From Intoshia linei (taxonomy: Eukaryota; Animalia; Orthonectida), in contig LWCA01000107.1 in the NCBI GenBank assembly GCA_001642005.1, positions 1 through 53,684 on the forward strand: a stretch of 53,684 bases of DNA, read 5' to 3'. The notes under the pieces were generated by a model. The model was given only the letters and a program-made list of their open reading frames with translations. It was not told the DNA's origin and ran no database searches. Below, piece by piece: positions 1 to 12,669 of this stretch; the first letter of the stretch is position 1; every line of letters begins with the position of its first letter. The position numbers and the translations under genes were made by a program.

Positions 1-111
1 AATCTGCATAGACTATCTAGAGGTACACTAATTACTACACCATATGAACGTGTCGAATTCAAACCATTTTTAGAAATTAAATCATTAACTTTTGGCATTT
101 ATCAATATTAA
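1..111 (+). CDS. Possible last exon of an upstream gene (partial, unidentified)
   Basis: Frame open from base 1 (NLHRLSRGTLITTPYERVEFKPFLEIKSLTFGIYQY*), followed by AATAAA near 136; no recognised motif. Confidence 0.3.
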   Translation, partial: NLHRLSRGTLITTPYERVEFKPFLEIKSLTFGIYQY

Positions 112-770
112 TTATTAAATTCAATTGTATTGTAAAATAAATAAAGGTATGTTTACGTTTATTTTATTAAAAGACGTTTTAAAAAATAGGCGAAGAAAAT
201 CTTAATTAAAACATCTAATGTATACATAATCGTGATCAGCGCATAAAAATACATCTATAAGCAAATATACTTTTTAATCTTTAAAAAAGGACACCCTAAT
301 GTACAAGTTTCAATAGAGTTCAATCATCTATAATTTTTTTATAAATTAGAGTATAAAAAGTTGACTTAAACTTTCATTTATAGAATTTTCCGGTTCACTT
401 ATATTGGAGACATTTAATATGATTCTCATTGTGAAACCAATCTACACTTGTGATAAAATTCACTCAAAAAATGTTTATTATAATAATTATTCAACGGCAT
501 TTGTACAGACAGAATTAGGGACTACTGTCTTAAATTAATAGTTGACGCTAGAAAAAATTTTTCAAAATATCGAGAATACCCTGTGCTGATATTAACCCCA
601 AAATTTGAAAAATATTTGATGGAATAATATATGAAAAGTTATTTTTCATCTGGAATACGTAGATTTTTGTAGTTCAAATTTTGCATCTACATTAACTGGA
701 ATAAGCTGTATCAGAATAATCATTTTTTTAACTGTAGGACTATTTGTAGGATTATTTACAAATTTTGGCC

Positions 771-3700
771 ATGATGAACTCAATTTTGAAAAATAAAATA
801 AAACCCACCGTGTTAATATACCATAAATAAAATTATTTATTATAAAGATTTAAACTCAGATTGAACAACACTTTTGATTCAAGTTCACTAATTAAACATT
901 TTAGCAAATTAGAATCTCAAATTGAAATGTCGCTTTACGATAAAAAATCCATTGGTGCCCTACTCATAACAAGAGAATCAAACAATCAAGTTATCGTAAT
1001 AAATGTACAATTTTATTCTAAACAGTTTATCTTAGAACATGAAAAAAATTATTAAAGAAAAAAGTAGAAATGAAAAATTCCATTATATTAATGTTTACAT
1101 TGATGGTTTGCAATTTTATATCATACGCCAATTACGACTTAGTTTAAGTTGATAATTTTAGGACTAATACATGAGACAACACAAACTATATTGAAAGAAA
1201 TAATGAATCAAATTGATTTAGAAGGAATTGACACAAAAACTTTTCCAATGGGTTAGTTTTCTAATTTGGCATAATTATCATTATTAATTTAGAACTTGAA
1301 ACTAAATTGTTGAAAATAAAACAAAGTCAAAATTTTTTAATTTTTCATTTAAAGGATTTTGATGTTATTGCACAAAAACAAATTTTTTCTCCAGTTATTT
1401 ATACCTTATTCAGTCAATTTTTTAATGATGACGTGTTTTTTATGTTGTTTGCATATTCACCTCGTTCTGATGCCGTAGATTTACTTGAAAAGCGTGTCAA
1501 ATCACGATTTATCCACACTATTTATTGTGTTGAACCAAAAATAAATTTTGAACAATATACTAGATTTTTACATGATTTATTAATTGAAGCTTTGAATCAA
1601 AATTCAACCATGTATAATTCTGTCTGCAATAACGTTTTACCAGTAATATTTATCAGATATTGTCAACGCGATCGTTGTGATCCCTGGGCAAATATAATTC
1701 TAGAAAAAAATATGTCATAAATGATGGTAAAATAAAATTTTTCTTAATCTGACCTAGCGCGGTACAAATTTTGAGAACTTTATGATGTATTGTATTGCAC
1801 AATATTGTTTTTATAATTACTATATTTTTAGATTTTTTTTCAGTCTCTTGAAATTTTAGCAATTATAAAAGGACAATTTTTTACTACCAATTACTTGGAA
1901 ATAGTTAAAAATTTTTTGGTAATTTTTTCATGTCATATATAGCGTTTTTTAAATTAGGTTACGTAACTTACGTGATTGTAAAAACATATATGAAATTTTG
2001 CTGACATTTTTGTGTCATTACGATCCCATTAATATCAAAATTTCCGGAGTTCAGGGTCCGTACGGATTTAACGATTCCGGATAAAAGTAATTATTTTTGA
2101 TCGTTCCGCCGTCTCAAAATATGAGTATCGAATTGGAGTTGTTTGTAAGGTCTGAGACGTACAAAAGGTTAATAAACACTTTCTTATAAATAATTAATTC
2201 TCAAAAAATTGACTGTAATAGCTATGGTCCCTTTTAAATTCATTTCAATCTTGAAAAGCCAATGTTAATAATACTACATTTTTAGGATAATTTTAAAAAT
2301 AACGTGTACAATAGTATATGAATTTAAATAGTTGATTACATTGATGAACTGGACACCGTCAATATCTGATACTGTTGAAGATTTAAAAGAATCTTTAGTT
2401 ACTGCATTTTGTGACAATAATAGGAATGATAACGATTTAAAAGCGATATATTTTAATCTTAACAGAATTGAAAAATTTATTATACAATCAGCTCTTTTAC
2501 AAGAAAAAAAATATGATGATTTAAATTTCAATATTATTTACAAAGGTATATGAATTGTTTTCTATAGTAAAATTTTGTTTAGAATTTAGGAATGTGTGCA
2601 TTAGTCATCATTTTGAATGTACAGATGAAAATGTTGCTTTTAAGGTACATAAAGACATGTGTATTTGGCAGTGGTTCCCGATTTCAAAATATTTATTTTT
2701 TTGACCCCAAAGGAAACATGAAATATAAAACATTTATGAAAAAATGAAAGTTTTATTTTCATTTGGAAAATCATTTTTCAAACAAATATTGAAAAAAGGG
2801 GGTTTTTCCATTAAGGGTTGGTAAAATCGGATTTTTTAAAAAAATATTGGAAAAATGGGATTTGTGCCTTAAACGTTGGTAATATTGGATTTTTTATTTT
2901 AGGTTCTGGGTTAAGCAGTTGTTGCTCATAAGATTTGGTTAAATCGGATTTTTTATTTAGGGTTTTGGATTGAGAAGTTGTTTCCTGTAAGATTTGATAA
3001 AATCGGATTTTTAAAAAAAATATTGGAAAAAGGGGATTTTTCCGTTAAAGGGTTGGTAAAATCTGATTATTTATTTTGGATTCAGAAGTTGTTGCATATA
3101 AGATTTGGTAAATCAGATTTTAAAAAAAAATATTGGAAAAATGGGATTTTTGTCATAAACGTGGGTAATATTGAATTTTTTATTTTGGAGTTTGATTAAG
3201 TGGATTTTTCAAAAAAATTTTAGTAAAATTAGTTTTTTCCCTGCGGGTTTAAAATTGTATTTTTTATTAAATTTTATAATGGTGGGATAAAAAGGGAATT
3301 TTTGAAATAATAACGTAGCAGTCTCTAGGCTTTAAGATAAATTTACAAAATCTAGGCTAATTCAAATTACAAATTCTGTAATAAATATTGAAAATTCTCC
3401 TATAAAAATAAACAAAAGTTGATTGAAACAAGGAAATTATTTTTATATTTTATTTTAATGTCACGGACCCGGTCATATATTTTTGGACTCAAGGACACCC
3501 AATCGTGAGCCACTGATTTAAGGTTAAATATAATATAATATTAATTTGTTTATGACAGATTACGTACAATGTATCGGCGTTTCCCAATCTTTTCACTTGC
3601 GGACGGGTGATAATAAAATGTAAAAATAGTTTGAAGGGAAGAACACGACAAAATTTTAAAAATGATAAAAAAAAAGTTCACTTAAAAATCCTACAAATTC

Positions 3701-4614
3701 ATTTTTTATCCCAATATAATTTTAAGATACAATTTCGTCGTTTTTTCCTGCAAAATTTTTTAAAAAATGGTTGAAAAAATTATTAAACGGTAGGTAAAGA
3801 AACTTACAAAAATCAATATTATTAGTTAACAAAATTAATTATTATGTCGCTCTATTGCAGGGATTCTCAACCTTTTTTGTACTATCGCCCTAGATTGAAA
3901 AAATTTGATTTTTGCAAGATTATCTCACTCCCAAAAACGTTTATTACACTTTTTCATATTTAAAATTAAGCGAAAAAATTTTAATTAACTTTTTTGCATA
4001 ATAATAATTTAAGATATAGTACAAGTTCCTATTCAAGTAAAATTTGAACCGATTTTTTTGCTTGTTCAGGTTGACTTTTACTTTTTATAATAACAATATT
4101 TTTATTTGAGTTTGCAAAAATGACTGCGTATCGAGCTTTTTTCCAAAAAGATTTTTATTTTTTGTTAATATGGACATTTTAATCGCTTGGCTCTACTATT
4201 GTATTAATTTTGAATTGTTAATTCAAGACACATTTTTTTTTAAAATATAATGAACTACATAAAATACACATACTTGTATATTAAAGTGATTTTTGAAATG
4301 GAGCACTAGGGTTTTTGATCAGTTTGAGAAATATCGATGTACAATACATGATAAAATTTGCAAATTTATAAATACATTGTATATTATGTACAGTAATGTT
4401 AAAATTCAAATTTGTCAATAAATCGCTCAATATTTATTTTATATACACTTATGAATACTTATATATGTATCGACTTATTTAGATATTAGAAAAATTGTTG
4501 AGTGTCGGAATTTTTATTATGCACAAAGAATTTCATAAACCAAATTTGAATTTAACTAGGCTAACAAAAGTTGAATTAATCAGCGACGATTATTTAAGAA
4601 AATTGGTAGTATAA
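771..4614 (+). CDS. ORC4: Origin recognition complex subunit 4 (multi-exon, divergent)
   Basis: DAVDLLEKRVKSRF matches ORC4 DILELLEKRVKSRF. Also VYIDG-LIHETTQTILKEIMNQIDLE, and the C-terminal LNRIEKFII..LNFNIIYKEF. Approximate exons 771-811, 848-995, 1036-1105, 1162-1251, 1293-~1632, 2332-2546, 2583-2644, 4483-4614. Start and one middle exon are uncertain. Confidence 0.85.
2669..3515. mobile_element. hAT-like non-autonomous element with internal tandem subrepeats, in ORC4 intron
   Basis: Termini CAGTGGTTCCCGATT / AATCGTGAGCCACTG are imperfect inverted repeats. Repeated GATTTGGTAAAATCGGATTTT..AAAATATTGGAAAA units inside. Related partial copy at ~22162-22510. TSD not clean. Confidence 0.6.
3858..4336. 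mobile_element. Degenerate hAT (Charlie-like) MITE
   Basis: Starts CAGGGATTCTCAACCTTTTT, ends ~GTTTGAGAAATATCG; no clear TSD. Confidence 0.4.
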
Positions 4615-4618
4615 CGAT

Positions 4619-6255
4619 TTAATAACATTTTTTGTGTTGTAATATATTAAATTTTGTAAAAGTTGTATAAATCGATCTTGACAAATATTTACAAATGGTA
4701 TAAATTATCAGACATGAAAAAATGAACACCCAAAGATAAATAATATGATCAGGTAGCGGTCTTGTTGAAAAAGCGGTATCAAGTTTGTAGCACACTAATG
4801 CTTCCGTGAAAATGATGACAATAATGAGCCAACTTTGAGGGCCCATCTTTTTGGTTTTACTATAATTGTTATTAACTGTTGTGATAAAAATTACGTATCG
4901 TGTAAGAATTGAAAAGCCTCTCTAAGAGCAACTGATGCCATTAAAAGAAAAAATACTAGCCTAGCCAGGTTCAAGTAGTGTTTTGGCGGTATCCACAAAA
5001 CAAATTTTATGTAAAATGAGTTAATTTCCGCGAGTAAAAACTAAATATAAATTAGAGGTTGATAAATACATAATACTATTCCAATTATCAACAGCATAAT
5101 AAGCCACCTTTTGAGCGACGACGTTGCATTCCATTCATAATCGGTCCAATCGTACGGTAAAAATTGGTTGAATATTCGAGATATCTTTCCTCTTACATTT
5201 TAAAATTATAATCTCATTTTAATTACCGGTATGTTGGTATATTCCATAATCCTCTCCAATGGTAAGTTTTCATTGACAGATAATTTAATGTACGCATTCC
5301 AAGATAAATTCCAGCCATGTTGCAGACTAGGGCGTCCATGATCCACTAAACATGAAATAACGGAACTAATAAATTTACGTGGTCCCACCAACATTCCGAA
5401 AAATTTGGTAATTTGTGTTCCAACGTGTATTCTAAAAGTTCAAAAAATAGACTGATAACCAAACAGAGCCAATAATCTCTTAGAACCAGAGTCTAAAATA
5501 TACACTATATTTATTAAACGTAATATTAAAACCTTGAACCACCATCCTATAAAATGGCAAATAACAAACAAGTCCATTTTTTCCTGAAATATCCATTATT
5601 TAAGATACTTTAAAATATTACCCAAACATTGTGAAAAGGATTTTCTGGTGATATGGTATCATATATCAGACATGCACCATCTCCACCATATTCCTTTTCT
5701 GTCAAGGGAATTCCTAAAGAACTATCCAAATGTTTCATCATTTCTCTAGCCTCCCGGGGTGACTAAACAAATAAAAATGCAATTTTAATGTTTACTTGTA
5801 AAAGCATGAATATCAGTGAAATTTGATAAACCGTACCCAAACATAGTACGAATCTCCATAAAATAGGATGAGGCCTTCGGAAAGGTCCGTCCGGAGTAAA
5901 TAATATTCCAAAGAGTAGGTAAAACAAAACCGCTGCCAGCAGACCTCTAATAATTCACTCTAATTGATAGCTTTATATTTACCTTTTTGTATTAATGTGA
6001 TTGTCGTCCGACGGAATGTAGAAACCCACAGAATATATGAGGAATACAATTAAAACCAACAATACAGTTACTGTATGAGTTCTCCTATATAATTAACACT
6101 TGAAAACATTAAATATACCAAAAATAAGTCATAGTCCCATCATCAATTACATTTTTCGTTTTGAGCTCAGTAACTTCCCTGTCAGTTCTCTGAGTATTAT
6201 TGGAGGTTTCCATATTACATAGTTTACTTTTTTTTCTGGTACTTGAAATTTTCAT
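4619..6255 (-). CDS. PTDSS2: Phosphatidylserine synthase 2 (multi-exon)
   Basis: Spliced translation gives [55 protein letters not shown] and KMGPQSWL, all PSS2-type motifs; introns 33-40 nt. Confidence 0.93.
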
Positions 6256-6899
6256 ATTAAAAAAGTATTCAAAATTTCATGACAACAAATTACTTAACAT
6301 TTCTTTTCAGCAGCTGAATTTCTACTTATAAATAAATAACATTAACTCTCTAAAACATGACTTTATTGAAATTAATTAATCGAATATAACGAATCTACAG
6401 AAAAATCCAAAATGGGAATACAAATTATATTATTCAATGCAATTACATTTAATGAGTAACTACTGCTTATTGGTAGTGAGTCATTTATTATTATTTTACT
6501 ACAAAATTAGAGTCGAAGTGCACGACATACATTTAAGCCTCGTACTCGTTAAATATAATAGTAATTTTCCGCATGATTCTTATATATTTCACTTTATATT
6601 AATATTATGTTAACTTACAACAGATGTCATTATTTTAATATTCGTTTTTTATTTAAAATTAATCCACTTACAATCCAAGTCTTAGGTCATTGTTTTCTAT
6701 CTTCAACTCTAGGTTTTAAAATTACAATACGGTTAAGCCTATTACGGGTCCCATTCTTATACTTTTTCATATTATGACGTTAAAATAAATTAATATTTAC
6801 TACAGGTATTTACAGTTTTATTTTTTCTGGGATTCATGCTGTTCATGGCGATTTTTGGGGTTTGACTACAATTGTAATGTTTTTAAGTTATTTTTAAGC

Positions 6900-7009
6900 T
6901 TATACATTTAAAAAAATTGGTTTTAAACTTCAAAATTCCGCTTTCGACAGACCTGTCCGCTGTTTATATGAAGTACTACGTACTTAGTACATAACAGTCA
7001 ATTTGCTAG
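6900..7009 (+). mobile_element. 3' end of a non-autonomous Helitron-like element
   Basis: GTAC-stem hairpin followed by ATAACAGTCAATTTG-CTAG|T; same terminus in reverse orientation at ~10562, ~16757 and 31128. Confidence 0.5.
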
Positions 7010-7074
7010 TTCACGAAATTGTCATCAGTATCGTACTGTATTTGATATTATAATTATTCATTATCACTATAACC

Positions 7075-8249
7075 CAGTGATTCCCAACCTATGGGTATTT
7101 ACCCACGAGTGGGTAATTTGATATTTTCATGTGTAATCGCGATATTTTTTTATTTTTTTGTTACAGTAGTTATTTTGCCGGGACAAAATTCCCGGGATAT
7201 TTAATAATTTCCGGGAATTAAATTTACCGGGATTTTTACGATTTTCCGAGATTTTTCCAAAAAAAATTGAAACATACCTGTATTTGATTTATGTTTGTTA
7301 TTACTATGAAAATATGATTATATTATAATATTTAAAATTTACCATTTTAAAAATTCCACCACTAATAAAATTTAATCAAAACTGCCATTTCAAGCACTCA
7401 ATGAAAAATTGACTTACACCGATATTCTTTTTAAAAATCCGATTTTACAAAATCTTATGAAAAAAATCCACTTCATAAAACCAAAAAATCTCTTATTCCA
7501 ACCACAAATTACTAACGCTTAAGGGAATTATCCTTTTTTTCCAATATTATTTTGTAAAATATTATGAGTTGTTACGAACTGGAACGCTGTTATCAAGGTT
7601 GTTAAAATTAAAGGAAGCCCTTATGACCGTTCAACCTACGTCAACACAAAATGAAAGAAATTTCTCTACTGCTTCTAATTTCGTTATAAAACGTATAACG
7701 CGTTTAAAAGACGAATCTATCAATATTATATGTGTTTTGAAACACTTTTTCACCAGTCTAAAATAAATAAAAATTTTTCTAATTAAATTTGTAAATTTCA
7801 ATCTAGATTCGTGTTATTTCATTAATTAAATTTCTTTTTATTTCTAAAATTGAATAAGATCTCTAAAATTTTTAATGCTTTTTTATTATATATGAATCAA
7901 AATTTTATATTTTTCTCGGGAAATTTAATTTTTAATTTTCCGGTTCTCGACTTTTGTCATTTCCGGGAAATGTCACTAAATGTCCGAAAACAATCACTAA
8001 TGCACAATAACGTATAAAATATAATTTTTCCTATTGAGTCCTTTAGGATCAAAAACACTATTTCCCCTTTTTTTAAATAAAATCAGAAATTATTTTATTT
8101 TACTATTTTGTAAAATTTCGTTTTTTAAAAAATTTATATCGCTTAGTCTAAAAACCTGACCATCCAATATGCAGTAAAAAAATATTGTGGGTAATATCAA
8201 AGTAAGTACTATAATATGGGTAATGTAATAAAAAGGTTGGGACACACTG
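7075..8249. mobile_element. hAT MITE (Charlie/Buster-like) interrupted by a second hAT element
   Basis: TIRs CAGTGATTCCCAACCT / AGGTTGGGACACACTG; TSD CTATAACC / GTATAACC; uninterrupted sister copy at 22538-22909. Confidence 0.85.
7167..7999 (+). mobile_element. Non-autonomous hAT deletion derivative retaining the transposase C-terminal dimerisation domain
   Basis: Termini TAGTTATT.. / ..CAATCACTA. ORF 7569-7766 ([41 protein letters not shown]) resembles the hAT dimerisation domain. Inverted sister copy at 26638-27349. Confidence 0.85.
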
Positions 8250-8477
8250 GTATAACCGTTTTAAAGTTAGCTTCAAAATTTGGAGGTGGTCGTAATTAGA
8301 CTGATTTAGACATTGATAATCTACTTTAGACTTTTGATGTTATTATAATCTAGCAATTATTCTTATTTTTAATGGGAAATTTATTCAAGAGTTTCTGAAC
8401 TCTATTGAGTAGTACAAGATTTATACATAATGTTTATTTTTAAATAAAATTGACAACCATTTTGCAAATTTATGGAT

Positions 8478-10099
8478 TTAAGTTTCTTGAAAAAGATATA
8501 CTATGGTATCACAAATCCCACCGTATATGGGCTTATAAGCCCTGTCATTGTCGACTGCATAAAATGATTTTCCATTACTAATAACTCTTCCCATTATCTA
8601 TAAATATATATTATATATATAAAAGTTTAATTGGATCTACATTATTGGTGTTTCTATCAATGATGCGCATGTCGGTATTATCATAACCAGATGTAGCAAT
8701 TAAATTTTTTGACACAAATTGAACGCAATAAAGCTAAAATATTACTTTACATAAATAAAAGCAAATTAAATATTATACCTGAGAAGTTCTAGTGGGAATT
8801 TGCATAATATCTCGTATATTTTTACCCGTTTTGTAATCCCACACCTAGAGTTTTTAATTTAATTGATTAAAAAATGTTAACTTGTAAAGGATTTGATTTT
8901 CTCCAGGACCCAGTCAAAATTTGATCATTTTCAGGGTCTATATCTAATCCTTCGCCGCAAATATGTGGTCCAGATATGTGCCTATGAGTTTATTTAATTG
9001 TATACTTTGATGATTAATAATAAATTTCATTAAATTAATGGTTTCATAATAATACTTTTAATAAGATTAATTTTATTACCTTGATGCATGCTGAGCTCTG
9101 TCGTCCCAAAACTATTTGTTAATTAAATGGTGATTTATAATAAACCTGCAACGTATTATCCCAGCCTCCTGAAACAAATGAATTTTGACTATTTGGGTGA
9201 TATTTAACGACGAAAACCTTTCCTCGATGTCCATCCATATTTGATTTATGATAGCTACAAAAGTCATAAATATTATTTTTGGATTAACAATGAATAACAA
9301 TCGATGGGCAGTCAAATTATTAGCAGGAATAGGCTGTTTCAAAATAAATTACCTGGCTTGATGTTGGGATAAAAGCTTACATGTGTTTAAATCATACACA
9401 TGTATAATTGAGTTGTTTCCAGAACTAATGAATTTTGTAGCATCCGAACTGAAAGAACAAAACAAAGTTGGTCTATTTTCGTCAATAGTAAACAAGCAAG
9501 TTTGGGTGTCATAATGCCACAATTTGATAATTCCATCAATATCTACATTTTAATTTTATTTTGTAACAAATTCCAATTACGACTGGCCAATAAAACATCA
9601 GTTGTTCTTAAATTATCTGATAAGTATTTATTTGAAAACTGAAGTGACGAACAACATTGAGAATCTGCAAATGAAAGAATAAAAACAATCTTGCATTGTG
9701 GAGATGTATAAATCTAAAGATATGTATAGTTTGTATTAAATGTGAAGAAACATTGATGAGTCCATTGGAAAAACCAACTGCAAAATACAAACCGTCAAGT
9801 GTATATTTGAAACACATACAAATAAGCTTGGTGTCTCTAATTTTTGGTTAAATTATAATATGCAAAATAAAATACAAGATATTAATAACTTTAATTGTTC
9901 CTTCCACTGTTATGTTTTTATACATGGGTGTACTTTGTAGATTCAGTGAGACAATTTCCATTTTAGTAATTGACGAAGATCTTCGTTTAACACGTGCAGC
10001 GGAAATTTTTTTTGTGGAATCTACATTCAATTTTTTATATTGTATTAATTTTGGATTCATTTCATCGTCCTCGTCTTTTATTTCCGAACCTAAATACAT
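8478..10099 (-). CDS. Uncharacterised WD40-repeat protein (multi-exon)
   Basis: Spliced translation includes DGIIKLWHY, DGHRGKVFVVKYHPNSQNSFVSGGWDNTLQFWD, ISGPHICGEGLDID and ILTGSWRKSNPLQVWDY; short GT-AG introns. Confidence 0.85.
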
Positions 10100-10790
10100 G
10101 TTTATTATGCGTTATATGCATGTAATGCTGTTATATATTACACCTTTTTATGTCTTAATGGTTTCAATTCCACAAAAAATGTACTTTGCATGATTTATAT
10201 AGGTAAATAAATTTTAATAATTCAAATTCATACCTCTACCGAACATCATTTTCACTTTTTATGACGTGTAAATCAAGAATATTTAAAAATAAATTATTTG
10301 TTAATCGTACGACTTAATTTTTGAAAAAATTAAATTAACATTATTAATAACTGACCATAACTACTCAGTAAATGCGAAAATCAACATAGGAAATGATCAT
10401 AGCTACAAATTAAGATGGAACAATAATATACTAAATAACAACTACAGATTACACATGGGAAATCAAAACATCCAATTTAAACATTTTTTCTTGTTATAAG
10501 ACTATAAGTGACAATTAATAGTGATAAATACTTCATAAACTTTATACATCACATACTAATTCTAGTTTGACTGGTATGTAATTTGTATAAAAGCAGCTAT
10601 CTCTACCGAGGGCCGACTCTTTCATTTATTTGACAATTAATGTATGATCTTAAAAACAATCCTAAAAAAATAAATTTTAAATGTCTGTAGTAATAATGTG
10701 TATAAATCAGCCGTGTCCAACTTGCGGCCCACCGCGAATTTGTATATTTATATTATATACACATAATCATATGTACTATATATACTAGGG

Positions 10791-11189
10791 CATATATGGG
10801 CAAAGTGTGATCCGCAAGTGAAATTAAAAATTTCGAATAATTTAAATTTAATTAATGCAACAAGTCGCATTAAACCAGATCTTATTCAAGTCTCAGAAAA
10901 AAGCAAAATCACTCATAAATATGGGTGAATTAATGTATTAATATTTTTTTATAAATTCTGACGAATATGAGAATTTACTGCATTCAAATACATTTAGGGA
11001 GTAAATGTATTGACTATTAACCTTAAAATATTATTACACTAGTGAAAATAGGTATAAGGGTTTGTAATATTGATTAAAAAAAATTTAAAAAAGGTAACGA
11101 AGTGAAATTCAAGAATTTTTTTTGGTGCGACCAGTGATGAAATTAAAAGGTCAATGTGGCCCGTTGCACAAAAAGCGTGCCAACCCCTG
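10791..11189 (+). mobile_element. hAT non-autonomous element
   Basis: Perfect 8-bp TSD TACTAGGG (10783-10790 and 11190-11197); right end GCCAACCCCTG; remnant transposase tail (SRIKPDL..) near 10860-10920. Confidence 0.7.
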
Positions 11190-11691
11190 TACTAGGGTGT
11201 TAACTTTTTGATACTTTATTTTTTTTGGGTGCTTTGAATACAATTTAAATAATGTGTAAATAACCAGAATTCGAGAAATTAAATCGTTAATAAAATCCAA
11301 AAAAATTGAACTAGCAACAAATTTTAAAACAGTATAATTAAACATGGAGAACAATATTTTAAAGTCGATACCATGTTTGTTACAAATTTGCCTTCATTAA
11401 AATTTTATCAGCCTTATCTCCAGGTTGTATCATTTCTGTGAGATTTTATATACGAGTTACAGTTTTGTCATTTAAAAGATGTCAACGAAAAAATTAAATA
11501 TAAATATAAATGTAAATATTTTTTTTCTATTAAAATATTGATAAAATTAAAATTTATTTTAGATGTCTTAGCGAGCAATAGTTAGGCGCTGGCACATTAT
11601 TGATATCATACTGTAAAGTGATATTTATACAAATTTATTCTGGCAACTCGGTAACTACCCAGGTTAAGAACCCGCGTATAAGACCTACCAT

Positions 11692-11953
11692 CGGCATGTC
11701 TTATGCATCTCGTGGGCTACTTTTTTATACTAAAAAATTCTACCGGTCCTGTTTTTAAAAATTTACACATGATACATTTCAATTTTAATTGAATCAAAAC
11801 GGTTCTAATATATTTTAAATAATAAAATGCAGGGCGATCTGAAAATTCAGTAATAAAATGATTATAATGAGCCAATTATAATAGAAAATGTTTAAAACTG
11901 TGTTTACTACAAGAGCCAACAAAATTACGTAAGACACTGATTGTCGACTTTGC
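11692..11953. mobile_element. hAT MITE family copy
   Basis: Shares CTGAAAATTCAGT..AAAATGATTATAATGAGCCAATTAT and the terminal CACTGATTGTCGAC with ~23240-23488 and, inverted, 38729-38993. Confidence 0.6.
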
Positions 11954-12669
11954 ATTGTTAAATCATTTAATAGTTATTTACACTACTTTTTTCACGCCGA
12001 ATGGGTAATAAATTATGAAATTTACCACTGACCATTAATGCGAAATTATTAGGCAACATTAAAAAAAATTGATAAAAAACGTAATAAATTGACTTTTAAT
12101 TAGTAGAAAATTTTCACGGACCAGTACTGGTACGAGGACGAATTTGGGAAACGCTCACTAGTATAAATACTTATTAAAATTATGTCATAGAAAAATGTTA
12201 TTTTGAAAAAAAAATTTTGCGTGTCTCACCCGTATGATGAATATACGCCTCTCAAATCTATTTTATGACTACTGCATAATGTACTTTCATTTGTTATAGT
12301 GTAGTTATAAATTATTCACATTAAGTTTTAAATTTATTTTATAATCCGTCATAAGATATATTATATTCAGAAGGATATATTATAATAGAAACATAACGGC
12401 TACATTTTAATAAAGCACTACACAAATTGTAATGACATTTCAAATGAATCACGACATCGTAACACATATAGTATAATACACTGGCTAGTTGCAATAAATT
12501 ACTATCATTTTTACAGTCTAGCGCCATCGATATTATTGTCATGGATTTATAATTACAATAACCGTAAAATTTTGAATTATTTAGTCATAATCACTTGGTA
12601 ACATTAAATTCTAGCGCAATCAAATTTTAAAATTTACTCCGTTTACTTTATATTGCATAAAATAATCTG

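Noticed and set aside
2780-3230. CRISPR-like repeat array
   Set aside because: Repeats are degenerate, spacers are not unique or regular, the context is a eukaryotic intron, and there are no cas genes.
6452-6552. Possible spliced micro-ORF (GTGAGT..TTAG intron; MSNYCLLV-SRSARHTFKPRTR*)
   Set aside because: Only 21 codons with no recognisable homology; cannot be distinguished from chance without transcripts.
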